Origin: Camelus ferus | Lineage: Eukaryota | Direction: 5' to 3' | Assembly: GCF_009834535.1 (NCBI RefSeq) | Contig: NC_045696.1 | Span: 30,816,001-30,880,000 of the forward strand | DNA: 64,000 nucleotides | Shown here: positions 49,050 through 62,389 of the stretch, piece by piece | Position numbering within the stretch: position 1 is the stretch's first letter | Layout: every line of letters starts with the position of its first letter | Notes under the pieces: model-generated | The model's database searches: none | What the model was told of the DNA's origin: nothing | Seen by the model: the letters and a program-made list of their open reading frames with translations, nothing else | Program-made: the position numbers and the translations under genes

Positions 49050-50600
49050 ACACATTTTACAACTATAGCTGTATGTTAGTGTGTAAGTAACAAGCAAAAG
49101 ACCACATCAGAAACATTCTCGTAGTCAAATTCTTCCGCAGTAGAGTGCCTACAATATATACATTATCTTCTTTCTGAGTATTTTACATAAACAGAGTAAA
49201 TATGTTGCTTTTTATGTAAATAGGATCATAGTCTATATTTTATATTTGTGACTTGCTATTTTTCACAATATATTTAACAAAATGTATCAGAAATTTCCCT
49301 CTCATTTTATCACTCTCATTGTATTTTTCTATCGATTTCCCCTCACAGTTTGTCACAGTGTATAGTATTCCACAGAACACTGTAATGCTGAATCATCTTT
49401 AATAATGCCCCAATTACTGAAAGATTATTTCCAGTTTTCAGTTTCTGCTATTGAATGGTAGAAAATATCTACAAATGACATGACCAGGAAAATATACAAC
49501 CAGCTCACATAATTCAATATGGAAAAACAAAAGCAACCCAATCAAAAAATGGGCAGAAGACTTGAATAGTCATTTTTCCAAAGAAGACATAAAAATGGCT
49601 AATAGGCACATGAAAAAATTCTCAACATCATCAATTACTGGAGAAATGCAAATCAAAACAATGACATATCACCTCATACTTGTCAGAATGGCTATCATCA
49701 AAAAGTCTATGAAGTACAATTATTGGCAATAATCGGAAAATTTTATTAGTTATTATGTATTCATATACACTTTTTCTTGATAGGCTCTTGTTTTTTTATG
49801 TTTAGGAAGGCATTTTTATTTAAATAATATAAAATTGTCCTTTGTTTTCTTCTATAATGTCTATATTTCCTATATTTTAATCAACCTGAATCTGAAATTT
49901 ATTTTTATATATGATTTTGGAATTTAGTTTGATTTTTTCTTGCTCCAAATAAATTATAAAGTATTTTATCCTTATACATTGCCTATCCATTAGCTATTCA
50001 TTAGAAATGCTGCCTATATTATATACTGAATCCCTGTATGTAATCTATGCATTTAGTTATGCTCACTTATTTTTATTCTTCAGTCTCTGTCTTACAAGGA
50101 CCACATCACATTTTTAACTGCTGTAACTTTATAACATATTTCAATATGCTTGAAAACCAATCTCATTTTTTTTTATTTAAAATAGGATATTTTTCAGCTT
50201 GTGGATGTTTTTTAAAAATTCTCATTTATTTATTTAATATATTTTGTATTCCCTTTTTTAGGATATTTTGGGAAAAGGGTATTTTTACAATATTATCTTT
50301 TCCTCTTACATATGCTACTCCCATGTATGACTCTTTATTTTTCATCTAAATATCACTCTGCCAGTGTTTTTGTTACTTCTTATGAACTTTATTTGTAGGC
50401 AGTTGAGAATTTTAAATTTTATGTTAGTTGCTTATATGAATGAATTATTCTGTTTCATTTTATAAGTGATTTATTGCTGATATATAATAAGCAAATCCTT
50501 ATTTTATATATTTATCTTGCAGCTGACTGTTTTCTTGATTTATTATTTCTGAATATATCATACTTTGATTTATATTCTTATATTAATTTGCATTGTCACC
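49050..50600 (-). mobile_element. Ancient L1ME-like remnant, split by an insert at 49453-49730
   Basis: TTTATGTAAATAGGATCATA, TATAGTATTCCA, TTTCCAGTTTT, TAACTGCTGTAACTTTATAA, TTATTGCTGATATATA. Confidence 0.6.
49453..49730 (+). mobile_element. Internal L1 ORF2 fragment with no 3'UTR or poly-A
   Basis: AACCCAATCAAAAAATGGGCAGAAGAC...GAGAAATGCAAATCAAAAC...GTCAGAATGGCTATCATCAAAAAGTCTA; homologous to ~43760-44050. Confidence 0.9.
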
Positions 50601-51349
50601 TGCCAAAAACACAGTATCTTGTACAAGCATGCATGTGTTGTTTGGAATTTTAGACTGAAGGAGTATTTTGAATGAAAATATGAGGGTCTAATAATGTGCA
50701 TAACCTAATCTGCAACTGTAACTAAGCTAGTTAAGAAGATCTATTAATGTCATTAGAATTTTTGCTTCTGTGTTTTTGTTCATATTGATTGAACTACCTG
50801 AAATATTTTTCATGCCTTTTCAACACTGAACCAAACTTATGTCCTACAAAATCTTATCTGTATTCTATTTTTCTCTGAATTTCACAAGCATTTGTTTGTG
50901 AATTGTGCTGTTACTTTCAGCTGTCTCTAGCCCCCTGGTTGGCTTTAAAACTAAGACAGTATATCTTAACTTCTCTGAATAATCACAGCCCTATGATTCT
51001 AGAAATAGAATTTGGGAAAATAGTAAAAACGCCTTTACCTCCTCTAAGCAGAGTTATTCATTCATTTCCACTAGGACATGTAATCTAAAATTCTGTCAAT
51101 AAAATGGGATACAACAAACATTTTGATATATTTTTAGAATCAACAGTGTAATTTTCTAGTATTATTAGTAAACCTAGGAATAAAGATACCCAATTTTACA
51201 AATAAGACTGCAATAATTTATGATTTGGCCATGTTTTTAAAAACATCTATTGAAATTTTTTATTTTGTATATAAAATTAATTGATACAAAGATAACCATT
51301 GCAAATATATGTATTGAGATCCATATTGGAGGATATGTATTTAAATAAG

Positions 51350-51760
51350 AATTATCTAATTAGCTATAGAATTGCACTATAAATAGTTCTATTCATATAA
51401 TATGAAGTTATCATGCCACTTTCCAGTTAATTATCCCTATGTAAAGCTAACAGCTATTCTGATTTTTATGAACATAAAAAAAATTTTACCTGAACTTGAA
51501 CTTCATCAATAAACAAAATCATACATTATGTAGTATTTGATGTGTTTTTTCCACTTATACTTTTATCCATCTTAGTCTGGGTTTTTAAGCTTCTAGTACT
51601 TCAGTATTACTATTATTAAGGAGTCCATATAAACATAACACATTTTATCTATTTTAGTGTTAATGAACGTTTTATTGTTCTTAATTTTTAGCAATTATGA
51701 CTATGTGTCAATTTATTAAGTTGTTTATAGAATAATTTTTTAAAAATCTGCATTTTCTAC
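51350..51760 (-). mobile_element. L1ME-like 3' fragment
   Basis: CTATTCTGATTTTTAT...TTTTACCTGAACTTGAACTTCAT...ATCATACATTATGTA. Confidence 0.55.
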
Positions 51761-52479
51761 ATGTATGTTATGCCGTATTTCTAAAATATAACATTCAGGT
51801 GGAACAAGAAAGGAGTGATAATTCAAATTTAAACTTAAGACTTATTATGTTTAATAAGTGTCCTTTATCTCTTTAAGGTTCTAAGAGGCAAATTTTGTCT
51901 ACCAAATTACTACCAAAGGTACCATTAATTTATTCTTGACATCACATACATATTGTAAAAGCATTGTATTTTTCAGTTTTGCTCAGTTAAGAACACAGTT
52001 ATAACTTCAAATATATTTAAATGTATAAAAGAAAAAATAGGAAGGGAATAAAGGCATTGGGGAAAAAACAGACCACCAAAATATATAACATTTGCTTTAG
52101 ATATTACAATTATTTAAAAAATACTATCTTACAATTATATCAATAAAATGTCATATAATATAAATTATAAATAATGTAATGATTTAAGGTTTAATGTAAT
52201 GGTTATTCATTATAAAATTTACCTATCAGGCTTATAAGTAAGACAGAAATACATAGGGGAAAGGTCTGCCTTTAGTGGTAGTAACTTCTGTTAGAAGAAT
52301 ATTCACATAATAATAAAAAATAATTAAGAGCCTATCACAGCGAATTCTGAACAATTTTGAAAAGGACATGAAATAATTTAAGTGATTACCGAATTCTAAA
52401 TTAAAATAATTAAAATTTATTTCCCAAATCTTGACCTAAATTGTTCTTTTCCAATAACTTAAATGATTTATTTTATTCC

Positions 52480-52625
52480 TAAAAATTACCTCAAGTAGGT
52501 ATCATTATTATCATCATTGCAAATAAAGAAATTGAGCTTAGAAATGCTAAGTGGCTTGTTCATGGCCTCCAGAAAGTAAATGACAGGATCAGGCAATTTT
52601 AGTTCAAATTCTATATTCTAATTGA
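52480..52625 (-). mobile_element. MIR SINE fragment
   Basis: GTAGGTATCATTATTATCATCATTGCAAATAAAGAAATTGAGCTTAGAAATGCTAAGTGGCTTGTTCATGG is a degenerate MIR core. Confidence 0.7.
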
Positions 52626-52984
52626 TTATAATAACCCTGTCTCTATATTTTTATTTTTAGTATGTCTCCAAAACACTCCCAACATTCCAGATTTGGTCAT
52701 ATCCATGACCCAACACTATGTCATGCTCCCAATTTCCAAATGCTTGGTCAGAGTCATCATCTTTTCATATTAACTGTGTCCTTTCTTTGCTTTTATCTAA
52801 AGCAAGATCACTTTTCTAAGCACTGGACATGGAAACAATCATAGGGTCATTTGTAAACTAATTGCTTTCTTCCCATTACATGGACATTACATGTTCATAA
52901 AAATAAGAGATGCCTTTTGGAAAAAATATTAAATATATTTGTTAGCACTATTAATATACAAACATTAAAATCAAGGTATTTATT

Positions 52985-53200
52985 TTAATTTAACCAATTG
53001 ACAGAGCCCCAGAATGTGTAAGACATTGTTCTAAGTAATATACATATATAAAGACAATAACAAAAGTGTCCTTGTCTTCAGGAAGTGTATTATCAGGCAG
53101 AAGATGGATATAAGTACAAAAGGAAATAATAGGAGATCTAAGAGAGACACAGTAAGAAAGGATGCAAGGAGATTTAAATTGTATCTAGCTTTCAGGTAGG
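52985..53200 (-). mobile_element. L2 3' fragment
   Basis: ATGTGTAAGACATTGTTCTAAG...GTCCTTGTCTTCAGGAAG resembles the antisense L2 3' end. Confidence 0.5.
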
Positions 53201-53346
53201 GGTGGAGAAGGGATGCCAGCAATTGATCAATACAACTTTAGCAAAGTTCCTTTACAAATTTTACTAAAGGCAATGCTAAAAATTCTAGTGTCCCTATATA
53301 GATATTTTTTTTCCTACATTCTGGGGTAAAATTCTGTGCTAAAGTT

Positions 53347-53770
53347 TGTCTAATACAGGATTCCACAAAAGCAGTCGCTGAAACAAAGATCAGAGTACAA
53401 GCAATTTACTTGGGTTGTAATCCTAGGAAACACTGATGGGCAGTTGGGGAAGTAAGATGGGTGAATGGGGAAGGAAAGTCCAAAAGGAATAAATCAAGCA
53501 AGTTACCAATATGGGAAAATAAAGCTTAATTCCACTGTACAGTTGTGGGGAAAGAGAATAGAACCTGCTTTGAGTTGTTCCACCAAAAAGGCAAGGAAAC
53601 TGGGATATTTATCAACCAAATCAATATTTGTCATTTGTTGAGAGCTGTTTCTGTGAACATTAACTCTCTGGTAATTCCTGCTTGGCCCACACAAACCCTG
53701 AGCAAGTGGAAGAAAGCATACCAATTGCACTGCTTCTTTCATAGTGATAGGTCAAGATGCAATACTTTTT
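53347..53770 (-). mobile_element. ERVL LTR (LTR33/LTR16 group)
   Basis: AAAAGCAGTCGCTGAAACAAAGAT...TTTACTTGGG...TCCTAGGAAACAC...CAAGCAAGTTACCA...CTGGGATATTTATC. Confidence 0.75.
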
Positions 53771-53849
53771 CTTTTACCTTAGGGAGGATATTTCTGTATA
53801 ATGCATTACAACTGGCTCCTGTAAATTGTACCATTGTAGTAAGCCCCTG

Positions 53850-55365
53850 AGTATTTGTCAGATGTTTCTCTCACCCTGTGATATCTCTATGTCTAATCAT
53901 GGCATCCAGCGAGAGGACATTAAACTCACTGTTTTTTAGGTCTGCTCAATATGATATAATCAGTATAATGACTTAGCATGAGGTTCTTCAGGATTTCCAG
54001 ACAATAAATGTTCCTTCATGCTATATTATGATAGAAATCAGGGGATAATAAAGTCCTGGCAAAATTGTGTATACTGCTGTCCATCCAAATTCATGAGAGC
54101 TGCTTCTGATGCTCATCTCTGATGAAGATTAAAGAAGACATATTTTTTGGATCAATAATATCACAGTGAAAGCCAGTGGCTAAGAACTGGCTCGTGTTTG
54201 GAAACTGTGTGAGTCGTTTTTTCCCCTTGTAGTAATTTGTATCAGTCTATACCAGAGTGCTGGTTTTGAATCTTTTTAAGTTATAGAAGGCAAGAAATGT
54301 TCTTAATGTCGAATATTTATTTCATCCCTTGGTGTACTATGACATATTAACCATCACTACAGATCTCTCTTGATTGCTCTTCTAGTCTTGCTGCCTAGTA
54401 TGATAATTATTTCTGTCTTGCATCTAAGAGTTCAGTGCCACCATATGACCACTGTAATTATAGAATCCTGCCATTCCATTGCCAGAAAGAGTCCAACTCC
54501 ATGATTGCATTCCCAGTTCCATCAACCTAATCTATAAGAGACAGCTACCTTTAAATTCTTTATCACTCAGGTAAAGGAGATCCTCTAGAGTAACAAAGAC
54601 TTTCTCCCTGAACAAACTTGATTCAAATTTCTCTGAGCTCTATTCTCTACTAGATCTCAACCTCAGCCTCTGTCCTATCTTTGACCTGCCCAGACCAGTC
54701 TTAGAAAGAATCCTGTTAGTCATTCCCTCACTCTTGCTATATGATCACCTTGGACTCTTTTTCAGAAAGAATCCTATTAAGCTCGTTTAATACAAATCCT
54801 CCTACTCTTGTGTCTTCTCTTAGTGATTTTCCACCCATTAATGCCATTACCCTGCTCCTTGGCTATAAACCCCCAGCAGTCTTCGCTGTATTTGAGCTCA
54901 ATGCTGCCCTGAAATCTCTTCCCTCTATTACAATAATTACTAAATAAAATCTGTCTTTGGTGCTTTAACTAACATCCACTCTGGTACTTTTTGACAGATC
55001 TCACCTGTGGAAAATAGGTAGTAGATTATCCAGTTTTATCTAAAAACTGTCTGTTACATGTATATTTAGACCTTCCCTTAGGTTTTTTTGTTTGTTTGTT
55101 TGTTTTAAAGACAGGTCCAAAATTTTCTATATTTCGTTTACTATAAGCTAGTTTTTCAAGTTGTTAGGGACAATTTCAGTATATTAGGACTCATTTCAGG
55201 GGTTCTCAGATCAAAAACTCTCTCCTATCCAGCTTTATATTCTGTATCCCAATTTCAGTTCAGCACCATAAAGATTCACTCCCAGGCATTTCTCCCATTT
55301 GCTGCCAGGCCATATTAGCCAGGTCCTGAATATTCTTTAAGGGATACTGCCTTCCCCACCAAAAC
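53850..55365 (-). mobile_element. Decayed ERVL internal sequence (gag/pol remnants), split by MER31
   Basis: AGTGCCACCAT...ATCCTGCCATTCCATTG (~54435-54550) and AGATTCACTCCCA...ATATTAGCCAGGTCCTG (~55270-55330) resemble antisense ERVL gag; adjacent to the ERVL LTR in the same orientation. Confidence 0.55.
54591..54996 (+). mobile_element. MER31-like ERV1 solo LTR
   Basis: TAACAAAGACTTTCTCCCTGAACAAACTT start; duplicated AAGAATCCT motif; CCTGCTCCTTGGCTATAAA (TATA); AATAAA; TTTGACA end. Confidence 0.85.
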
Positions 55366-55387
55366 AAGGAAAATACAACTCTATTTA

Positions 55388-55550
55388 GAACAGTTTCTCA
55401 AACTGTGTCATGCAACAAAAAGACCCGGAAGGCTTATGAAAATATACATTGATGGTCCTTCCCCCATCATTAGCTTTGGAACGGGCCCCACTTCCAGTAT
55501 ATGTCCACATAAATCTGATGTTGCTGGTCTACTTTATGAATTGCCTGAGT
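55388..55550. mobile_element. MER5-like hAT-Charlie fragment
   Basis: CAGTTTCTCAAACT...GGCTTATGAAAATATACATTG...CTGATGTTGCTGGTC. Confidence 0.55.
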
Positions 55551-55849
55551 GAAAGCAATGAGAGAAAGTGGGTGCAGGTGTGGAGGAGGCAAGTGATAAT
55601 TTTAATGGTATCTTCCTCAAGTGAGTTATTTTCATGATTTACAAGAGTATCTATTCACCTACAACAAGAGGGATGTAGGCACCTCTTCCAGCCCAGACAG
55701 TACAGGTGATCTGGATGTTAGGAGTTTTCAGGAGCATCTACCTAAATGTCTGCATGCTGTATTTGAGAATTTTACTTCTTCTCTAATAGAATACCACCTT
55801 TTTTTTCCCCCAAAGACTTGGCCAGGGTGTGAATTTCACTATTCTTATA

Positions 55850-57000
55850 ATCAGATCTTATGCTAATGTTTTAGCACACCGTGCCCTCCAGGAGTTGAAG
55901 TTGTCTTTAAATGCCGCCTCAGAGGGCTTCTGGATTTCACACCATACTGCTATAATTTGATGTTAAATTGGTTGGTAGCAGGCTGACCTGCTGTGATTTT
56001 CTTTTTCTCAGTATTTCAATGGGAAGTAAAAGCCTTCTACAATCTCCATTCTAAATGGTACAAATCACAAGCTGCCTATTCTAACTTCTGCCTGGAAATA
56101 ATGTACATTATTTATGCTCATGTTGTACTGTGCAAAGAAAGTCAACACATCACACACAACTTCAAGGATCAGAGTAGTTTAATCCTTAAAGTGTCTGGGG
56201 AGATTTCGAAAGTTTTGGTGAAAGCACTAATGGCTTTGTTTCATGCTTCTCATCATAAAATATTTGGTTCACTGTTCTTTCACACACACATCATCTCACC
56301 ACTTAAAACAATCCAATTCCCTATCCACTCACCCCATTAAACTCAGTATCTTGGATTCATTTCTTAGTGATACACGGCAGTTTCTTCATCAGAGGATGAA
56401 GGCTCAACAGCAAAACAAGGACTTTCAGTTAGCAATATATTTGATCTTATTCGTATACAAATAACTTGCTTAGACATCTTAAAATAACTATATTCATTCC
56501 AGAAGTGCTTTATTATTGACATGGTCAGCCACTACAGTTTAAGTAAGGGTTTGGATTAAGTGTTCCCAGAAAATTCTATTCTCGGAACCTTTATACAAAA
56601 TCCAAGAAGCATGCCCTGTCCTCTCTGGTGACCTCATTATCTTCCCAATATGTGTCTGAGGTGAAGAATGATTTTGTCAATCATTGTCCTAAAGGACCGG
56701 TTTAGGCTCTGTGAGAGGATCCCTTTTTATCTTTCAGGTCTTTGATCTTCATGGGGTGCAATTATCAGGCCACTGACTCTTCTGTCATTTTTGTCTTTAG
56801 GGAAACACCTGCAAGCTTCCATTTTCAGATACATTGTAATTCAGACTTTATTTTACTTCACGATAGAAGTTTAAATTTAGGCATACCACTATTTAATAAC
56901 TTTTATCAAACCATATTTTCTGTTACGCTTTATGCAGGTGACATGAAAAACTTTGAGATATTTTATGGTTTGTTTTCATAAGCTACAGAATATAAAAATA
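55850..57000 (-). mobile_element. Old MaLR LTR (MLT1K/L-like, to ~56243) plus adjoining MLT1-int
   Basis: GCAAAGAAAGTCAACAC...AACTTCAAGG...TTTGGTGAAAGCACTAATG followed by AAATATTTGGTTCACTGTTCTTTCACAC. Confidence 0.55.
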
Positions 57001-57264
57001 AGTAAAACGCTTCATCCCAAACCCCAACATTTTAAAGGAAGCCTAACCATTTATTTTTGAAGGTATGTATGTTTTACTAGTCAAACAAAAGTAACCTGAC
57101 AGCAAAGGTCACTTTTTGGCAGCACTCAAAAAGCAGAACATATATTGTCCCAATGATAACAGATACTGGGCTACTCATCTAAGAAGCTGAATCATTAGCA
57201 CAATTTATATAACTTGTAACCACTTAGTCATCTTAGTCATAATGTATAAGAGACATTTACTATG

Positions 57265-57810
57265 CAACAAAGTATCACCTACTATGCAACAATTCACTTC
57301 TATGTATTTACCCAAAAGAAAGGAAAATATATATCCACATAAGGATGTGTACATGAATATTCATAAGAACCTTATTTATAAGAGACCAAAACTGTAAAGA
57401 ATTGAAGTGTCCATGATCACTTAAATAGATAATTCCCTTGTGTTGTATGTATATAATGGGACACTACACAGTGATCAAGAAGAACGAACTAATGGTACAT
57501 TCTATGAGATAGCTTTTGTAAACATGCAAATACAGAAGAACATATTCTGTGTGATATGACTTACAGAAAATAATAAAAAAAAAATTAAACATATATAATG
57601 ACAGAAAGCAGATCAGTTGTTGCCTGCCTCTGACCTAGAGGAAGAAACTGACTGTGAAGTGGCGTGAGGGGACATCTGTGCATGGTTGAAACATTTTTTT
57701 ATCTGGACGATAACTGTGGTTCCACAGATATGTGTGTGTGTGTGTGTGTGTACACATTTATATATACACATTTAGTAATGCAAATTATACCAAACTGAAG
57801 TTGAGAAAGA
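57265..57810 (+). mobile_element. L1ME-like 3' end
   Basis: TATTTACCCAAAAGAAAGGAAAATATATATCCACA...TGACAGAAAGCAGATCAGTTGTTGCCTG...CAAATTATAC. Confidence 0.8.
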
Positions 57811-59199
57811 AAAAACAATGAAAAAATACTAAATATTTTTAAGATTACTAAAAGGGATAGGAATTGTATTAAAGTTATAAGTAAAGTAGTTAGCTGCGAT
57901 CTAGATGGATGAATGGTTTCCTTTGACTTAAATCAGAAGTGAGAATAGTATACAGTTATAACCAGAACTCAGAAGACCTCAGGTATGAAACTAACTTTGT
58001 TAACAGTCTACAAATGTGTTTTTGCCATAATGACTACAAAAATTACTCAGTATTTCCAGTCAGGATAGATCATAGTTCAAATTCTGATAATTACAGTCTA
58101 AAATTCTGATACATACAAATCCTCAACCTACCTGAGATTTTGTGGTCATGAATTATTGACTTGATAATCAAACTTTAAGTCACCAAATTTTGGTCTTTAC
58201 CCTAATGGAAATCTACATTTCCAACTTTATAATGACTTATAATTAACAGATGAATAAAAATTAAATCTGTTAATATTTATAATTTTGTTTTAAAATTAGG
58301 AATATATTTAGTATGAAAATGATTATAATTTTAAAGGGAATTTGGCATATTAGATATATGAAAAATAAATACATATTTTGATTGTAGTTGAAAAAGTATA
58401 CTTTCTTGGGCTACAGTTCAATTGAAAGAACATAAAAGGGTAAGAGTTAATTGGATTATGAAAGTTGTATTGTTACCTGAATGTTTTCTGGGAATGAAAA
58501 TTATGTCTGGCTGGGGAACTACTTATCTCACCTAGTACTGTAAAGCAGAAACCTACTGATGAAGTCCGAATGGAGGCTACAGTTAGGAATGTTGGCATTG
58601 ATTAAATTAAGATAGAAATTTGTAGGATTAAAAAAAAGAAAAAAGTATAGTATATTTTAAACTTGGATTTTAAGTAGAGATATATGAGATAATTTAAGTT
58701 TTCTAAAGTACCTCTGAACATTTTTGTAATCTTTCTATATATAAATTAATTAGATTTATTTGATTTAATAAATCTCCCTATGAAATGTATGAGTTGTTAA
58801 GTATTTGTGTAGGTAGGCTATTTGGATATAAGATTGCTCATCTAGATATCTATAGTATTAACAAGAAATCTATTAATATAAAATTCTGTATATCTAGTTC
58901 CACCTGTTTAAGGGAATTTTACTAAGATTGAAAATCAAACAATTTAAGGACAAGTCTTTATGTTTTATCTATAAGCAACATAAATAAAATTCCCTAAGAA
59001 AACAATTACTTCTATTTTATATAAAATTATTAGGTTACTATCTAAAATGCCAAGATTTTTGAGATATTAAATGCATTAATCTAGATTTTAAATGTGCTGC
59101 TTTAAAATATGAATATGAATTGAAAATGCAAGTTACTTCTAATACTTCTTTGAGTTCCCAAAGTTTCCCTCAGATGCCAAAGCTGATATCAATAAAGTG

Positions 59200-60520
59200 G
59201 AGGTCATATTGGTGACAGTGTACTATTGTTATTCTGAGACTTATGTGAGTACAGCAGGACAGAGCGAATGAGAAATTTGGGGTATTTGAATTCTATCACA
59301 TCCAATGTTACTGACCACCATAATTCTCACTGTGGAAGAAAGGAGGTAAAAATGTAGTAAAGAAACTTAAGTAAGAATGTATTCTTGAATTTGATTAAAA
59401 TAATCAATATAAAACATTGAATATATGATATATACATACGCATATATGATAATTCCAATTCAAACACATGCACACATGTACTTTTATCCTCTAAAAAGTA
59501 TCTACTAAACATGACAAAACAATGGAACAATGAGAACCCAAGTAGCCAACTGTGGTCTAATACCATTTACCACAAAGGGTTTTTGGATGAATCTAGACAA
59601 GATACTTCTTTTCATGTAAGGTATCCAGAAAAACTGTACAGTTTGTGTTGAAAGGTCTTTGAAGCCAACTTGAAGAAACTACCACTAGCCAAAGATGGGA
59701 AAAATTATGTTTCAATAGTGATAATAATTGTAGTGTATTGAAGCCCATGAAATAATTCAAATCAATGTTTATTATAACACTAAATATTATGAAAAAAAGA
59801 CATGTTTGCTGTCAGAAGTATATATAGGATTCAAATTATTTATCTTAAAGATTGGTCAAAAAAGGAAAGAATCAAGCATTTATGTTGATTTTCCTAGATG
59901 AACTAGACAACTACATAATCATAAGGTAAAGAGAAAAAGTGTTTTTGTTTTAGTGCAGGTTGCTGTAACATAACCATAGATTAGGTGGCTTAAACAACAA
60001 ACATTTATTTTTCATAGTTCTGGAGGCTAGAAGTCTTAAACCAGGGTGCCAGCCTGGTTGCATCCTTGGTAAGGGTGCTCTTCCTGGTTTGCAAGTATCT
60101 TCTTTTTGTATCCTTACATAGTAAAGCTGGAGGTAGAGAGAGGGAGAGAGATGGGTGTGGGCAGGCAGGAGGGAGAGAGAAGGAGAGAGAGAAAGGAAGA
60201 GAAGAAGGCAAGGTTTTGCATCTTCTTATAAAAGTACTAATTATATGATGAAGGCTTCACCTTCAAGACCTAGTTATCTCCCAAATGCCTTATCTCCAAA
60301 TACTAACATGTTGGAGATTAGGGTTTTAACATATGAATTTTGAGGGAATGTAAACTTTCAGTCCATATCAGTATGTTTATTTCATTTCTCAAGTAATACG
60401 TGAAACATTTATAGAACCAGAATATCACTTTTGCCAGATCTATTGAATTAATACATATAGACATTACTTATGGCAGTTAGAAGGAAACACACACACACAC
60501 ACAACCAGACATATGTTTTT
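59200..60520 (+). mobile_element. L1MC4/L1MC5-like 3'UTR, split by MLT1A
   Basis: ATTGTTATTCTGAGACT; CCACTAGCCAAAGATGGGA...ATAATAATTGTAGTGTATTGAA; AAAGAATCAAGCATTTAT. Confidence 0.7.
59940..60370 (-). mobile_element. MLT1A/MLT1A0 MaLR solo LTR
   Basis: GGTGGCTTAAACAACAAACATTTATTTTTCATAGTTCTGGAGGCTAGAAGTC...AACATATGAATTTTGAGGG...TTCAGTCCATATCA. Confidence 0.9.
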
Positions 60521-60579
60521 CATAACCTTGCCAAAGACCACAGATCATTTTGCTATGTAGGAAATGATAGTAGAATTAA

Positions 60580-61515
60580 ATTCATCATTTCCCAGTCTTC
60601 ATCTTACTTCAACAAACTGTAACAGTTGTCCCAGTCAATCCCTGTTTCTTGAAATTCTGTCTCTTGGATTCTGAGAAGCTACACTTGCCAAGTTTTCCCC
60701 TTACTACTCTGGTACTCTCTCTCATTCCCTTTCATTGACCCCTCCCAGTCATTACTATCCTTCAATTTTTGAGGAATCTAAGATTCTGTACTCAGACAAA
60801 TCTTTTATTTCTTTTCTTGCTCCCTTGGGAGTATCATCTGTTTTAATGTTTTTAAATGCCATATATTTACTGAGGCCTTAGAAAATCACTCAGTGCAAAC
60901 CCCTAACTCATATTTAAGACCAGTATATATAACTAGGTAGATGCATTGTACTTAATGCGTTAAAACTGAGCATTTGATAATTAACAGAAAATTCACTTCT
61001 TCCACAGTCTCCTCCATTATCATTAAAGTGAATTCTACTTAAAATTTTTTAGGTGTGGAGACCAAAAATGTCAATTTCATCCTTGATTACTTACTCTGGG
61101 GTTTATAAAGCCCTCTGTGTACTGTCCTTTTTGTTACCTTTCTGACCTCAACTTCTGTTACGTTTTCTCTAGGTGTGTTTGTTCCTGCCCCACCGGCCTC
61201 TTTGATCTTCATCAAATACAGACAGACAAATTCTAATCTCAGGGCTTACATTGGAGTTAAAGGAAGTAAGAGAGCTATCAGGTTTTTACTTAAGAGTTTT
61301 ATATAAATTAATTTATTTTACATACATAATATCTCTTATCTCTGCTTTATATTTTTCTTCATACTCATGAATACTCAATTCTTTAGATATTTATCTTCTG
61401 TTTACTATAATATAAATTCCATTAGGTTAGACATGTTTTGTCTATTCACTGCTGTGGTAACGTGTGTCTGATTCAAAGTACAAGCTTAGTAAATATTTAA
61501 GAAATAAATAATGTG
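60580..61515 (+). mobile_element. L2 remnant (ORF2 to 3' end)
   Basis: TTCTTGAAATTCTGTCTCTTGG, TAAATGCCATATATTTACTGA, TCAGGGCTT, TTTTGTCTATTCACTGCTGT...AGTAAATATTT. Confidence 0.65.
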
Positions 61516-61849
61516 TGAAGACACATATAGTATTCAGTGTAAGAAAAAAAATCTAGGAAAAACATGATTTTATTATTAACTTTGAGCTACTTCCAGAACA
61601 TGAAAATAGACATGTGCAGTGCATACCTAGAAATATAAATATGGAATTCATAGAGATTTTAAATTTAAATAACATATAATTTATTGGATAAAATATTCCA
61701 TTCAACAGGCTCAAATTAGTTACCAAGAGTGTAGAAGTGAATAAATATAGCCAGACCATGTCCCTATTGAACTTATATTGAGAGTTTCTTTCTAATTATG
61801 ATAGTCTTTGTAATAAATGAGATTACCTGGTGAGAAGGATGTATAGTAA

Positions 61850-62300
61850 AATATCTAAATATCAAAACATGTCCATGGGAAATACAGTTTCAGTGAAGTA
61901 GAAAAACATAATCCATATTAAAAGAAAAAGTACAGTCAAAGAAAAAAGAATCGTAGAAATTTAATTCTCTGAAGTGAAAGAGAAGATTTGAAGAAGAGTG
62001 TATTTAACAGTGCCAAATACTGTAGCAGGATTAAGTGGGATGAGGACAAAACCCAGGGATTGAATTTATTGATGAGGAATTCATTAGTAATTGTAGCAAA
62101 AGCTCTTTCAACGTAGTCATAGAGATAGGGACCAGATTTAATGCATTGGGGAATGAGGAGAAAATAGAGACATTGACGTGAACCATTTCAGTCAATGAGT
62201 TTTATCACGAAAGGAAAGAAATAGGACATGACACTGTGGATAAGATCATTTCAAAGGGAGGATTTTCTTTTTTTGTTTTCTTTTTATTTATTTCTTTCAC
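61850..62300 (-). mobile_element. L2 remnant
   Basis: AACAGTGCCAAATACTG...GATGAGGAC...TTGAATTT...AAAAGCTCTTTCA resembles antisense L2. Confidence 0.55.
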
Positions 62301-62336
62301 GTAGGAAAGAATAATATGTGGGTTGATTAAGAAAAG

Positions 62337-62344
62337 CACACACA

Positions 62345-62385
<41 letters not shown>
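62337..62385. repeat. (CA)n microsatellite with one interruption
   Basis: Read directly. Confidence 0.97.
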
Positions 62386-62389
<4 letters not shown>

